From: Synechococcus sp.
GTDB lineage: Bacteria > Cyanobacteriota > Cyanobacteriia > PCC-6307 > Cyanobiaceae
Reading direction: 5' to 3'
DNA: 64,000 bases
Assembly: GCA_047285535.1 (NCBI GenBank)
Contig: JBJBDC010000001.1
Location: 1,376,136-1,440,135 of the forward strand
Shown: positions 44,646 to 54,100 of the stretch, piece after piece
How the letters are laid out: each line of letters begins with the position of its first letter
Position numbering within the stretch: the first letter of the stretch is position 1
Notes under the pieces: generated by a model
What the model saw: the letters and a program-made list of their open reading frames with translations, nothing else
Told to the model about the DNA's origin: nothing
The model's database searches: none
Program-made: the position numbers and the translations under genes

Positions 44646-45320
44646 AGACAAAGAATAAAATTGACTGTCTTTCCATTGCCAACCAACGATCGAGATATGG
44701 CAGATGTCTAGAGAGATTCATTGCAAATATTAAATTGGTGCCTTCAAGTCTCCAACGCTATTGAAGACAAAACACACTATGAATTGAAGCATGTTGGAGA
44801 TTTTATAACTGGATAAAGCAGCTTAATCGTCAAACATCCTGTCATTGCCCCTCCAACATTGAGACTCTGGGTTCCCAAACTGATTTGAACCCGATTCACA
44901 TTTTTTCAGAGTGAAAAACACCAATACAACTCTTCAGTCCTTCCCCTTTCAATACAAGCCCTAAAGCAGGAATTCATGACAATCCGTCCCAATAAGTGAC
45001 AAACAAGTCACTCTTGGCCGACTTGCTTTGATTGAAAGAGTGACATCAAATCATGCAAGACGTAAATAAACAGAGACCTTTCGCTCCATGAGCCGATCAC
45101 ATTTCAGCTACAAAGTACCAACTATCACTTGCTACCAGAAAGCTATGGAAACGCCAAAACCTTTGGGAGTCAAAACTATTGGGCAATGGCAGAATTCATA
45201 CCGATTGGTCAATCGCGGCCGTGGTCGACATGCTCCAGCGGGGCCAACCACAATTCCACACCTGGACATGATGAATCAAGCATCCAGCCAAGGGGCCAAT
45301 GTTCGACTCAAGACCTCAGA

Positions 45321-45602
45321 TCAGGTCTGATTCCCACCAAGCATGTCTTCATAGCCCTCATAGGGATCGTATTCAGACCACCCAGGACTGGCTTGATTCA
45401 AAAGACCGTATTCACCATCGATCATCTGCGTCCTGGTATTGCCGTAGGGAACTGTGTTGCAGGTCACGCCTCCTCCGGCAACTGGCTCACAATCATTGAA
45501 ACGCACTTGGCCTTGCACAGACACTCCGACGAATGAGACAAGTCCGATCAGGATGGCGGCAACTGAACCCGAACAAACCTCAAGACGTTGATGAATTTGC
45601 AT
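45321..45602 (-). CDS. Small hypothetical protein, probably exported
   Basis: Signal-like hydrophobic stretch ending VQG-Q, one Cys pair, acidic C-terminus. Confidence 0.65.
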   Translation of the reverse strand: MQIHQRLEVCSGSVAAILIGLVSFVGVSVQGQVRFNDCEPVAGGGVTCNTVPYGNTRTQMIDGEYGLLNQASPGWSEYDPYEGYEDMLGGNQT

Positions 45603-45642
45603 GGATGAATGGGAAATGGATTCAGTCTGACGGACGCAGGCA

Positions 45643-45951
45643 TTACAAACCTCGACATTGTCTGTTTACAGCGGTTAAAAAATCGACAGCCTGCTTTCCA
45701 CGACCAGCGTTGAGCTGGACCAGTACAAGATCTGATTGCAGACCTAAAAGCATGGTTTGACAAGGATAGCGATCAATTGAAGCCGCCCTACGTTGAAGCT
45801 CTTCAGCACCAATCAGCGCATTTTGACAACTGGAGATTCGATCAAATTGGAAGCACTCCATTGCTGCCGGATTCACCCTCTGCAGAGATGTGGCAGAGGC
45901 GGGACAGATCACAGCGCTACACAGGAATGACCAAATCACTGCAGAAAGCAC
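45643..45951 (-). CDS. Cys-rich hypothetical protein, probably exported
   Basis: C-terminal part of track ORF 45643..46098. Signal-like VLSAVIWSFLCSAVICPASA, then C...C..AL..AE.LQRRA....YPCQT...C; start estimated. Confidence 0.65.
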   Translation of the reverse strand: MLSAVIWSFLCSAVICPASATSLQRVNPAAMECFQFDRISSCQNALIGAEELQRRAASIDRYPCQTMLLGLQSDLVLVQLNAGRGKQAVDFLTAVNRQCRGL

Positions 45952-45990
45952 GACCTCCTGAGATGATGCAGGAGCTATCTCACTGATTAG

Positions 45991-46107
45991 ATGTACACCG
46001 ACTGGACCGCTGTCGCTCTGCTGTTGTTCACCACTGTGCCTCTGCTGGCAGTCGTGGTAACAGCTGGATTCTTTATTTGGCAACAGAGGAAGAAACAACT
46101 GCTTTGA
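45991..46107 (+). CDS. Small single-pass membrane protein (38 aa)
   Basis: Not in the track. MYTDWTAVALLLFTTVPLLAVVVTAGFFIWQQRKKQLL*, a TM helix with a positive-inside tail. Confidence 0.7.
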   Translation: MYTDWTAVALLLFTTVPLLAVVVTAGFFIWQQRKKQLL

Positions 46108-46279
46108 TGGGTTCGGAGATCGCTGGCAAGCGTTGAAGTCCCAGTTGCTGGGGTGAAATACTTTGCTCTTGATTTTGATGGCTGGGTTGAAACCCTTGTC
46201 CTAGACAATCAAGGCAGGTGCGAAAACGCTTGTCATTGATTCTCTGAATTCCACTTCCGCCGCAGCTCCTGCAGATCAT
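46073..46279 (-). CDS. Small DnaJ-type zinc-finger protein
   Basis: Two CxxCxGxG repeats (CRSCGGSG, CLDCLGQG). Confidence 0.75.
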   Translation of the reverse strand: MICRSCGGSGIQRINDKRFRTCLDCLGQGFQPSHQNQEQSISPQQLGLQRLPAISEPIKAVVSSSVAK

Positions 46280-46303
46280 CTTTTGATCGTCAAATCATGG
46301 CAT

Positions 46304-47248
46304 TTAGTTTGAGGCTATTTTTTGGCTGCGATCCCGAAATTTTCCTAAAGAATCAGAGCAAGAGATCAATGCCGTGATCTTGTCCTGACGCCCTCTCAGC
46401 TCCTCGATCAGCTCTTGAGCAGAGAGGGCACTCAATTGAGGGACCAGACCGAGACTCGCGGCCAAATGTCCAATCACTTGTGCAGCATTATCTCCTTGAT
46501 CTCGCAATGGCTGCAGGCCAATCGCATGATCACGTTTAGACAGTTTTCGGCCGGATGAATCACAGAGCAATGGGACATGTCCATAGCTCGGAGAGATCAT
46601 CCCCAAACAAGTGATCACAGCCCTCTGTGTTTCACACACCGAGACAAGATCCTGACCACGCACCACTTCGTTGATTCCCAAGGCAAGCTCATCAATCGCA
46701 GTGGCCAAGTGATAGGCGATGACTCCATCGGTACGGCGCAGAACCACATCCCCAACGGCTGTAACGAATGGCTCAACGACACGAAGTCTCCAAGCAGGCA
46801 ACCGACCATCCCTAAGGTCCCATTCTTGATGAGATCGCCTGCAGGTTCCTGGATAAATCGTCTCGCCTTCAAGCTGCCGGCGAGTGCATCGGCAGGGGTA
46901 AAGGAGGCCCTGCCTACGCAGGGCTGAAAGAAAAGAGCTATAAAGGCCACGTCGGCTGCTTTGGAGCAACAAGGGGCCATCCCACGTGAGGCCAAGCCAG
47001 CGAAGGTCTCGCAAGATCGACTCCATCGCCCCAGGACGATTACGGGGAGTGTCGAGATCATCGACCCTCAAAAGCCATTGCCCATTTTCAAGCCGGGCCC
47101 GGAGCCAGGACAGCAAAGCGGTTCTGACATTGCCCAAATGGAGAGGGCCTGATGGAGTTGGTGCAAAACGCCCCCGATAGCCCTGTCGTCGGAGTGCCTG
47201 GCCTGACTGCAAAACCTGACTCAGATGATCGGGCAGATCAGTAGCCAT
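46304..47248 (-). CDS. gluQ: tRNA glutamyl-Q(34) synthetase
   Basis: GRFAPTPSGPLHLGN, YPCRCTR...YPGTC and KLSKRD motifs; no anticodon-binding domain. Confidence 0.92.
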   Translation of the reverse strand: MATDLPDHLSQVLQSGQALRRQGYRGRFAPTPSGPLHLGNVRTALLSWLRARLENGQWLLRVDDLDTPRNRPGAMESILRDLRWLGLTWDGPLLLQSSRRGLYSSFLSALRRQGLLYPCRCTRRQLEGETIYPGTCRRSHQEWDLRDGRLPAWRLRVVEPFVTAVGDVVLRRTDGVIAYHLATAIDELALGINEVVRGQDLVSVCETQRAVITCLGMISPSYGHVPLLCDSSGRKLSKRDHAIGLQPLRDQGDNAAQVIGHLAASLGLVPQLSALSAQELIEELRGRQDKITALISCSDSLGKFRDRSQKIASN

Positions 47249-47273
47249 CGATAGTGCTGATGTTCAGAGCAAC

Positions 47274-47298
47274 AAAAAAAGGTGGTCCCACGACCACC
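47274..47298 (-). terminator. Intrinsic terminator after HU
   Basis: GGTGGTC-N4-GACCACC hairpin followed by T7 on the minus strand. Confidence 0.8.
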
Positions 47299-47323
47299 CA
47301 TCATCGTTAAGGGGTTTTGTGCT

Positions 47324-47599
47324 TTATCCCTGAACACGATCCTTAAACATTTTACCGGCTGTGAAAGCAGGAACCCTCTTGGCAGGGATCTTGATTTTTT
47401 CACCGGTTTTTGGATTCAGCCCCTGACGAGCTGAACGCTCACGTGGCTCAAAAGAACCGAAACCAAGGATCGAAACTTTTTTACCTTCAACAACCGAATC
47501 AATGATGGTGTCGATAGCGGCGTCAACGACAAGAGAGACGTCGGTTTTGGTGAGTTCGGTGCGAGCTGCAACGAGATTGACGAGGTCAGCTTTGTTCAT
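47324..47599 (-). CDS. hup: DNA-binding protein HU
   Basis: MNKADLV...GFGSF...NPKTGE.I.IPA, 91 aa from ATG 47599. Confidence 0.97.
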   Translation of the reverse strand: MNKADLVNLVAARTELTKTDVSLVVDAAIDTIIDSVVEGKKVSILGFGSFEPRERSARQGLNPKTGEKIKIPAKRVPAFTAGKMFKDRVQG

Positions 47600-47741
47600 G
47601 GAAGAGATGGTGTGGAGCGAAAGCGAGCTGGTTGACGTTGCGGAGGTCAACATCCGCACGACTTCCCTGAGCGTGCCAATGGTATGGAGCCCAGCCCCTT
47701 GCGGCAACCGAAAAACACTGTGCCGCAATGCTTTCCCCGTA

Positions 47742-48413
47742 TCAGTCTTGAAAAAGCCCTTCAGATTCCGTCCGAATCCAACTATCAAATGATGCCAGCC
47801 GTCCACCTCGAAGCGCTCCAAGCCCTGCCCCGGAAGCCAGTAATGGGCTGGATTCTGGGGGAATCCAGCTGCGCAGATGTTGCAAACTTTTCTGCTGCCG
47901 AGGCCAGTGAAACGTGCGTCGATGACGCAACGGGGCAAGTTGACCTTCCTGAACCGGCACAAGCAATCGTCCGCAAAACAGCACATCTAAAGGGGGTGGA
48001 GCGTGCACTACACAACTGCCTGGTGTTGGTCCTGGCGTCCAAAGCAGCCTCAACCCAGAGGCCGTGATGTGGGACTCAACAAAAGTGTCGAGCGGATGAA
48101 CCCCCGGAAGTAAGTACGCCTCCTGCTCCTGAACCAGCACCGGCCAACCCAATCGCTCTTGCAAGCGACGAAGGCGTCCATGCCCTTCTCGGCTGGTGAG
48201 CAAGATTCGAGCGGCACGACTCAAAGCCAAGTCACGCAGGGCTTTCACTGTGGCCTCCGTCAGGGGAGGACAATCGATCAGCACTGGTTCAGGATCAACA
48301 TCAAGCCACCATGAGGACCCACCACGACAGTCTCGATTGGGTGGAAATAACCAAACGTTGTCAAGAATTTGTTGGGGTGGTCGGCCTGGCTCCAACGCCG
48401 AGGTCATCGTCAT
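47742..48413 (-). CDS. Metallo-beta-lactamase-fold protein, degenerate
   Basis: VLIDCPP, LLTSREGHG and WTPGPTPGS align with MBL-fold motifs. Confidence 0.75.
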   Translation of the reverse strand: MTMTSALEPGRPPQQILDNVWLFPPNRDCRGGSSWWLDVDPEPVLIDCPPLTEATVKALRDLALSRAARILLTSREGHGRLRRLQERLGWPVLVQEQEAYLLPGVHPLDTFVESHITASGLRLLWTPGPTPGSCVVHAPPPLDVLFCGRLLVPVQEGQLAPLRHRRTFHWPRQQKSLQHLRSWIPPESSPLLASGAGLGALRGGRLASFDSWIRTESEGLFQD

Positions 48414-48446
48414 TGCGGTGGATTTCCATTACACCCTCTACTTTGA

Positions 48447-50555
48447 GTGAAGTACGTCCTGCGATCTGCGGGCGGAACTTTGCGCACGATCCATCGCGGT
48501 AGTCCCTGGCCACTCGGCAGCACAATCACACCTGTTGGTGTGAATTTTTCTGTTGCGGCACCATCAGCCAATCGGGTCGAGTTACTGATTTTTTCCAATG
48601 CAGAGGAAAGCGAACCCGAACAGACCATCGAGCTAGAGGGACAACATCAATCTGGTGATTACTGGCATATCGAAGTTGAAGGTCTGGGAGCGGGCTGTTG
48701 TTACGGCTATCGGGTGTTTGGCCCCCTTGAGCCAGGAGACCACGGGTTTAGGCCCGCCAAGGTGCTGGTTGACCCCTGCGCACGGGCTATTGACGGCTGG
48801 GGGGGGTACCAACGGGTCGCTGCAACCGGTGCATCTCCCAACACCGACAAATGCTTGAAATCAGTGGTTTGCGAACGCGATACCTTTGATTTTCAGACCC
48901 ATCCTCGTCCCCGCCATAGCTGGCAGGAGACCGTGATCTACGAGCTGCATGTGGGAGGGTTCACAAAACGTCCGAATAGTGGCGTCAGCCTGGATCGACG
49001 CGGCACTTATCTGGGCGTGATCGACAAGCTCCCTTATTTGAAGGAGCTGGGCGTCACCACGATTGAGCTGCTGCCGATCCAAGCCTTCGATCCCAACGAT
49101 GCTCCCGCTGGTCGTGACAATGTCTGGGGATATAGCCCTTTGAGTTGGTTTACGCCACATCACGGATACGTAACAGGAGAGGATCCCAACTTGGCTCGAG
49201 ATCAAGTTCGTGAGCTGGTGGCTGCGTGTCATGACGCGCAGATCGAAGTGCTTTTGGATGTTGTTTACAACCACACCACGGAAGGAAATCGCAACGGACC
49301 AACTCTGAGCTGGAGAGGGTTTGCCGACCGCACCTATTACCACCAAACCGAGTCCGGTGACTATTTGGATGTAAGCGGGTGTGGCAACAGCATTGCTGCC
49401 AACAATCCCCTGTCCAGACAACTCATTCTGGAATCACTTCGTTGCTGGGCGATTGAACTTGGAGTTGACGGATTCCGCTTCGATTTGGGTATTGCCTTAA
49501 GCCGAGGTGAGAAGCTGAAACCGCTGGATCATCCTCCGTTATTTGAAGCGATGGAGGCTGATCCCTTGTTGAGTGAACTCAAACTTGTTAGCGAGCCATG
49601 GGATTGCGGTGGGCTCTACAGACTGAGTGATTTTCCTGCCAAAAGGATCGGCACATGGAACGGACACTTCCGTGATGCACTGCGTAGTTTTTGGAAAGGT
49701 GATGAAGGAAGCACCTGGGCTCTCGGACAACGATTCCGTGGCAGTCCTGATTTGTATGAGGGAAAAGCAGCAAGCCTTGGCAGCTCGGTGAACTTGATCA
49801 CTGCTCATGACGGCTTCAGCCTCTTGGACCTCGTGAGCTTCAACAACAAACACAATCTGGCCAATGGTGAAAACAACAGAGACGGAGAGAATCACAACAA
49901 CAGTTGGAATCACGGCACAGAGGGACCAAGCAGCGATCCTGCAATCCATGCACTGCGCCAACGGCAACAGCGAAACCTTCTCAGCACCTTGCTACTGAGC
50001 CGCGGTGTCCCGATGCTGCTAATGGGTGATGAAGTTGGCCGCAGCCAGGGAGGAAATAACAACACGTGGTGCCAAGACAGCCCTCTCAGTTGGATGATCT
50101 GGGATGATGACCACTGTGATCACAAACTCAAGACATTCGTAGAACGTCTGATCAACATTCGTCATCAGCTTGCGGATTTGTTCAATCCGATCAGGCCTCA
50201 CAAGGAAAAAAAACCGCTCCGATCGGGAGATTCAGATGAATTTTGGCGCCAGTGGCATGGTGTTGAGCTCACGAAACCAGACTGGGCGAACTGGTCTCAT
50301 TGCTTGGCCATGAGCCTGCAACAAGGCAGTGAAGGGGCTGTGCTCTGGATGGGATTCAACGCCTATTTCAAAGCGATGCATTTCGATCTGCCGGAAGCAA
50401 TCTCACCTTGGCATCGACTGATCGACACGGCTCGCCCTGCTGGAGATGATCTACCGATACGACCCGAACCCTGGTCTTCTTCAGGAGCTCCACTCCAGGC
50501 ACGCAGCCTGGTCGTCATGATTGCGCAGAACTATGCCGAGAAACTGAGTTTTTGA
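48447..50555 (+). CDS. glgX: Glycogen debranching enzyme / isoamylase
   Basis: YELHVGGFT, DVVYNHT, DGFRFDL, EPWD and AHDGF GH13 motifs; start may be TTG 48480. Confidence 0.95.
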   Translation: MKYVLRSAGGTLRTIHRGSPWPLGSTITPVGVNFSVAAPSANRVELLIFSNAEESEPEQTIELEGQHQSGDYWHIEVEGLGAGCCYGYRVFGPLEPGDHGFRPAKVLVDPCARAIDGWGGYQRVAATGASPNTDKCLKSVVCERDTFDFQTHPRPRHSWQETVIYELHVGGFTKRPNSGVSLDRRGTYLGVIDKLPYLKELGVTTIELLPIQAFDPNDAPAGRDNVWGYSPLSWFTPHHGYVTGEDPNLARDQVRELVAACHDAQIEVLLDVVYNHTTEGNRNGPTLSWRGFADRTYYHQTESGDYLDVSGCGNSIAANNPLSRQLILESLRCWAIELGVDGFRFDLGIALSRGEKLKPLDHPPLFEAMEADPLLSELKLVSEPWDCGGLYRLSDFPAKRIGTWNGHFRDALRSFWKGDEGSTWALGQRFRGSPDLYEGKAASLGSSVNLITAHDGFSLLDLVSFNNKHNLANGENNRDGENHNNSWNHGTEGPSSDPAIHALRQRQQRNLLSTLLLSRGVPMLLMGDEVGRSQGGNNNTWCQDSPLSWMIWDDDHCDHKLKTFVERLINIRHQLADLFNPIRPHKEKKPLRSGDSDEFWRQWHGVELTKPDWANWSHCLAMSLQQGSEGAVLWMGFNAYFKAMHFDLPEAISPWHRLIDTARPAGDDLPIRPEPWSSSGAPLQARSLVVMIAQNYAEKLSF

Positions 50556-50559
50556 AGAA

Positions 50560-50630
<71 letters not shown>

Positions 50631-51274
50631 ACCAATACACCCGAACCAGTTCAGAGATGAGGCTGAGCAGGTCATCGGTTTCGGCACCAAGGCATTATGC
50701 CCCCCGGGTGACTCACCTGCCCACAAGCATCGAAATTCAAAATCGTTGATTGGCAAAGCCCAGGGAGAAGATCGCTTCAAGATGATGATGCCATCCCTGA
50801 ATTTCAAGAGCCCCTGCCAGGCTTAAGCCTCAAGAAACTAATTTAAACCATCAAATCGTCGAATTTAGACGAGCCAGATCAAGCCTCTCTTATTCCAAGA
50901 TGAATTCATTTAGATGCCAAAAACTTAAAGCATCATGAACCTAAACCATTCCGTATTCACGCATTTCCAATAGTGGGGCTTGCCCAGCAATCCTTACTCG
51001 CGCAAATAGCTGAAGAGCCCAAGAATCGCGAATTGACGAGGCAGTTTCGGGATAAATCTATTCAAAGCCTCCAAACAGACAAGCCCCCGGGAGTTGGAAA
51101 TGAAATGGATCATTGCACCTGCCAGACCAACAGCTACCAAGCGCGTTTTAATTGACAAACACTGGCAACAATATCCCAGCAGGTTGATTCCCAAGGAGCA
51201 AACGGCTCCTGAATCTTCAATTCAATGATGGCCCGAGAACATAAAGCCTTGGCCACCAAGCCCAGTGAAGATAA

Positions 51275-51345
<71 letters not shown>

Positions 51346-51434
51346 ATCAATACAAATGAACCAGTTACCTGGAGAAGGTCACCGGTCGACTTGTTCCAAA
51401 GCATTATGGCGGTCAGAACGCCCCGTATTCCGGA

Positions 51435-52793
51435 TTGACCTCTTCTGCAGCTCGCCCTGAGGGCTCCCGCCGCCGCCTCATGTTCTCTTATGGACTTGGT
51501 GATGCTGGCACCGGGATGGCCGCCACAACGCTTGGGTTCTACCTTTTTCCCTTCTTCACTTGTCAAGCGGGGCTACCAGCTTGGATTGCCGGGAATTTGC
51601 TGCTAGTCATCAAGGTCTGGGATGGCATTAATGATCCCCTGATCGGCTGGATGAGTGATCACACCCAGAGCCGGTGGGGACCGAGACTTCCCTGGATGTG
51701 CGCAGCTGCTCTTCCCTTGGGCATCAGCTTGGCAGCAATGTGGTGGGTTCCAGAGGGAGACATCACGCAACGCACGATCTATTACGTCTTGATGGCAATC
51801 CTGCTGATGACCGCTTACACAAGCGTGAATCTCCCCTTTGCCGCTCTCTGCACTGAACTCACCCTCAATACAGCGATTCGCACCAGGCTCAACGCAGCTC
51901 GCTTCACGGGATCGATCACAGCAGGAACCATGGGCTTGCTCGTGGCCTTTCTGATGTTTCGCGAGGGGGGAGGTGGCTACGTGTTGATGGGACAAATCAC
52001 TGGCACGATCGCAGTCACAGCAACTTTGCTCTGCTGCTGGGGCCTTGCGCCATATGCCAAAAAAGCTCAGCGTCCAAGCGGCGTCAAAGAGCCCGTATTG
52101 CAACAACTGCAGCGCATTCGCTCAAACTCACGTTTCTTGATGGTGTTAGGGCTGTATCTGCTGCTTTGGTTTGGCCTTCAACTCATGCAAGTTGTTGCCC
52201 TGATCTGGCTCGTACAAGTTATTCACGTCCCAGCAAGTCTTGCCACACTGCTTCTGCTCGCCTTCAATATTGCAGCTTTGGCCGGTCTTCAACTATGGAG
52301 CGTGCTCTCCAACCGCCACGGTCGAATCAAAGCCCTCGGCTGGGGATCCAGCATCTGGATCACAGCCTGTCTTCTCTCAATGGTCATAGCGCCAATCAAG
52401 AACAGTGGAATCATTGCTCTGATTCCCGTAGTGATGCTGATCCTCCTGGTGGGATTGGGCGCCTCAACGGCGTATCTCATCCCTTGGTCCCTGCTCCCTG
52501 ATGCTATCGATGCTGATCCCAGCCACCCAGCAGGTCTTTACACCGCTTGGATGGTCTTAGGCCAAAAACTGATCATTGGCCTCAGCATGAGCGTGTTTGG
52601 CACCTTGATGCAGCTCGCTGGATACATCTCCACTAAATCTTGCGATGGTGCCTTGAACTTTATTGAGCAACCCCAATCCGCCCTGATCTTCATCCGCCTG
52701 TGTATGGGTCTGATTCCAGCCGTCCTGGTGGTGCTAGGCCTTGTGGTAATGAGCCGCTGGCCTGATCGCGGCGCACACCTGCAAACCACCTGA
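51435..52793 (+). CDS. MFS transporter, GPH/MelB family
   Basis: YGLGD and WDGINDPLIGWMSD.T.SRWG.RLPW motifs, 12 TM helices. Confidence 0.9.
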   Translation: MTSSAARPEGSRRRLMFSYGLGDAGTGMAATTLGFYLFPFFTCQAGLPAWIAGNLLLVIKVWDGINDPLIGWMSDHTQSRWGPRLPWMCAAALPLGISLAAMWWVPEGDITQRTIYYVLMAILLMTAYTSVNLPFAALCTELTLNTAIRTRLNAARFTGSITAGTMGLLVAFLMFREGGGGYVLMGQITGTIAVTATLLCCWGLAPYAKKAQRPSGVKEPVLQQLQRIRSNSRFLMVLGLYLLLWFGLQLMQVVALIWLVQVIHVPASLATLLLLAFNIAALAGLQLWSVLSNRHGRIKALGWGSSIWITACLLSMVIAPIKNSGIIALIPVVMLILLVGLGASTAYLIPWSLLPDAIDADPSHPAGLYTAWMVLGQKLIIGLSMSVFGTLMQLAGYISTKSCDGALNFIEQPQSALIFIRLCMGLIPAVLVVLGLVVMSRWPDRGAHLQTT

Positions 52794-52816
52794 CCCCTTC
52801 CTCTGATCTAAGCCTG

Positions 52817-53563
52817 ATGAAGTCCCCTCGCTGGCTAAACCGGCTAGGCAGCAGTCTGCTGATCGGCGGGCAAGCTGTCACAGCCACAACAAAAGGTCGA
52901 ATCAACTCGATTGATTTGCTCGATCAACTTCAAGAAGCTGGACCTGGAACCTTTTTGATCGTGATCATCACGGGATTGGCGGCAGGAACCGTCTTCAACA
53001 TTCAGGTCACCGCAGAACTGAGTAACATGGGCGCAGGGTCCACCGTAGGAGGAGTGCTGGCCACTGGCCTCGCCCGGGAAATTGCTCCTCTACTGACAGC
53101 AACCCTCCTCACAGGAAAGGTTGCCACCGCCTACGCCGCACAGCTGGGAACCATGAGGGTGACCGAGCAGATTGATGCCATCACGATGCTGCGCACAGAT
53201 CCCGTGGAGTACTTGGTTGTTCCACGCCTTGTCGCCATGGTGGTGATGGCTCCAGTGCAATGCCTGGTTTTCTTTGGAGTGGCGATCTGGAGCGGTCAAA
53301 TCAGCAGCACCAGTCTCTACAGCATTCCTCCAGCTGTTTTTTGGACTTCAGTACGGACATGGCTACAGCCTGATGACCTGCCATTCATGCTCATCAAGGC
53401 CCTGGTCTTTGGTCTACAAATTGGCGTGATTGCTTGTGGATGGGGAATGACCACCAAGGGCGGCCCTAAAGAAGTTGGAACGAGTACGACTGGGGCCGTA
53501 GTCATGATCCTCGTCACTGTGGCACTCATGGATGTGGTGCTCACTCAAATCCTGTTCGGCTAA
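52817..53563 (+). CDS. mlaE: MlaE/TGD1-like lipid ABC transporter permease
   Basis: REIAPLLTA, TMRVTEQIDA and VGTSTTGAVV motifs. Confidence 0.9.
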   Translation: MKSPRWLNRLGSSLLIGGQAVTATTKGRINSIDLLDQLQEAGPGTFLIVIITGLAAGTVFNIQVTAELSNMGAGSTVGGVLATGLAREIAPLLTATLLTGKVATAYAAQLGTMRVTEQIDAITMLRTDPVEYLVVPRLVAMVVMAPVQCLVFFGVAIWSGQISSTSLYSIPPAVFWTSVRTWLQPDDLPFMLIKALVFGLQIGVIACGWGMTTKGGPKEVGTSTTGAVVMILVTVALMDVVLTQILFG

Positions 53564-53575
53564 TTCCACAATCCA

Positions 53576-53974
53576 ATGACACCCTCACCAGATTGCAAAA
53601 CTGTCATCATCAGACCGAGTCCAAGGTTGCCGCTTGTCATCCTGCTGTTCAGTGCGGCTCTATTGCTCTTACCCCTGCGGCCCTTGCCAACCCTTGTACT
53701 GAGCCTGTTCAGTGTTTTTCTGCTGGTGCAGACCTACAGCCTGAAGCTCGAATTCAGCGAGACTGATTTGGTGGTGCGGCGAGGGCAAAACGAGTTGCGT
53801 CGTTTTCCTTACAGAGAATGGATGACGTGGAGACTCTTTGCACCCTGGCTGCCTGGACTGTTTTATTTCCGTGAAACCAAGAGTATTCATTTCCTTCCGA
53901 TCCTCTTCAAACCAGAAGAACTGCGAGAACAATTGGAACAAAGGGTGGGCCACTTAGAGCGAGTTGAACCCTGA
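53576..53974 (+). CDS. DUF3119 family protein
   Basis: RRFPY.EW and LFYFRETKSIHFLPILF motifs. Confidence 0.82.
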   Translation: MTPSPDCKTVIIRPSPRLPLVILLFSAALLLLPLRPLPTLVLSLFSVFLLVQTYSLKLEFSETDLVVRRGQNELRRFPYREWMTWRLFAPWLPGLFYFRETKSIHFLPILFKPEELREQLEQRVGHLERVEP

Positions 53975-54100
53975 ACGAACCATCCCTTCCCCTCACCCGA
54001 TTACTCCTTGATCACAACACCAAGGCTTTCAAACCTTTTCACTCAGGGGTGTGACGAGTGGCATTCGATCAGCTGAAATAACCAAAGGAGGAGAAGAACC

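Noticed and set aside
46304..47248. Second gltX-like gene as a truncated duplicate
   Set aside because: Length and motifs match the known GluQ paralogue, not a pseudogene.
47600..47986. Apparent 129-aa N-terminal extension of HU
   Set aside because: Canonical HU starts at MNKADL (47599); the extension overlaps the MBL-fold gene in another frame.
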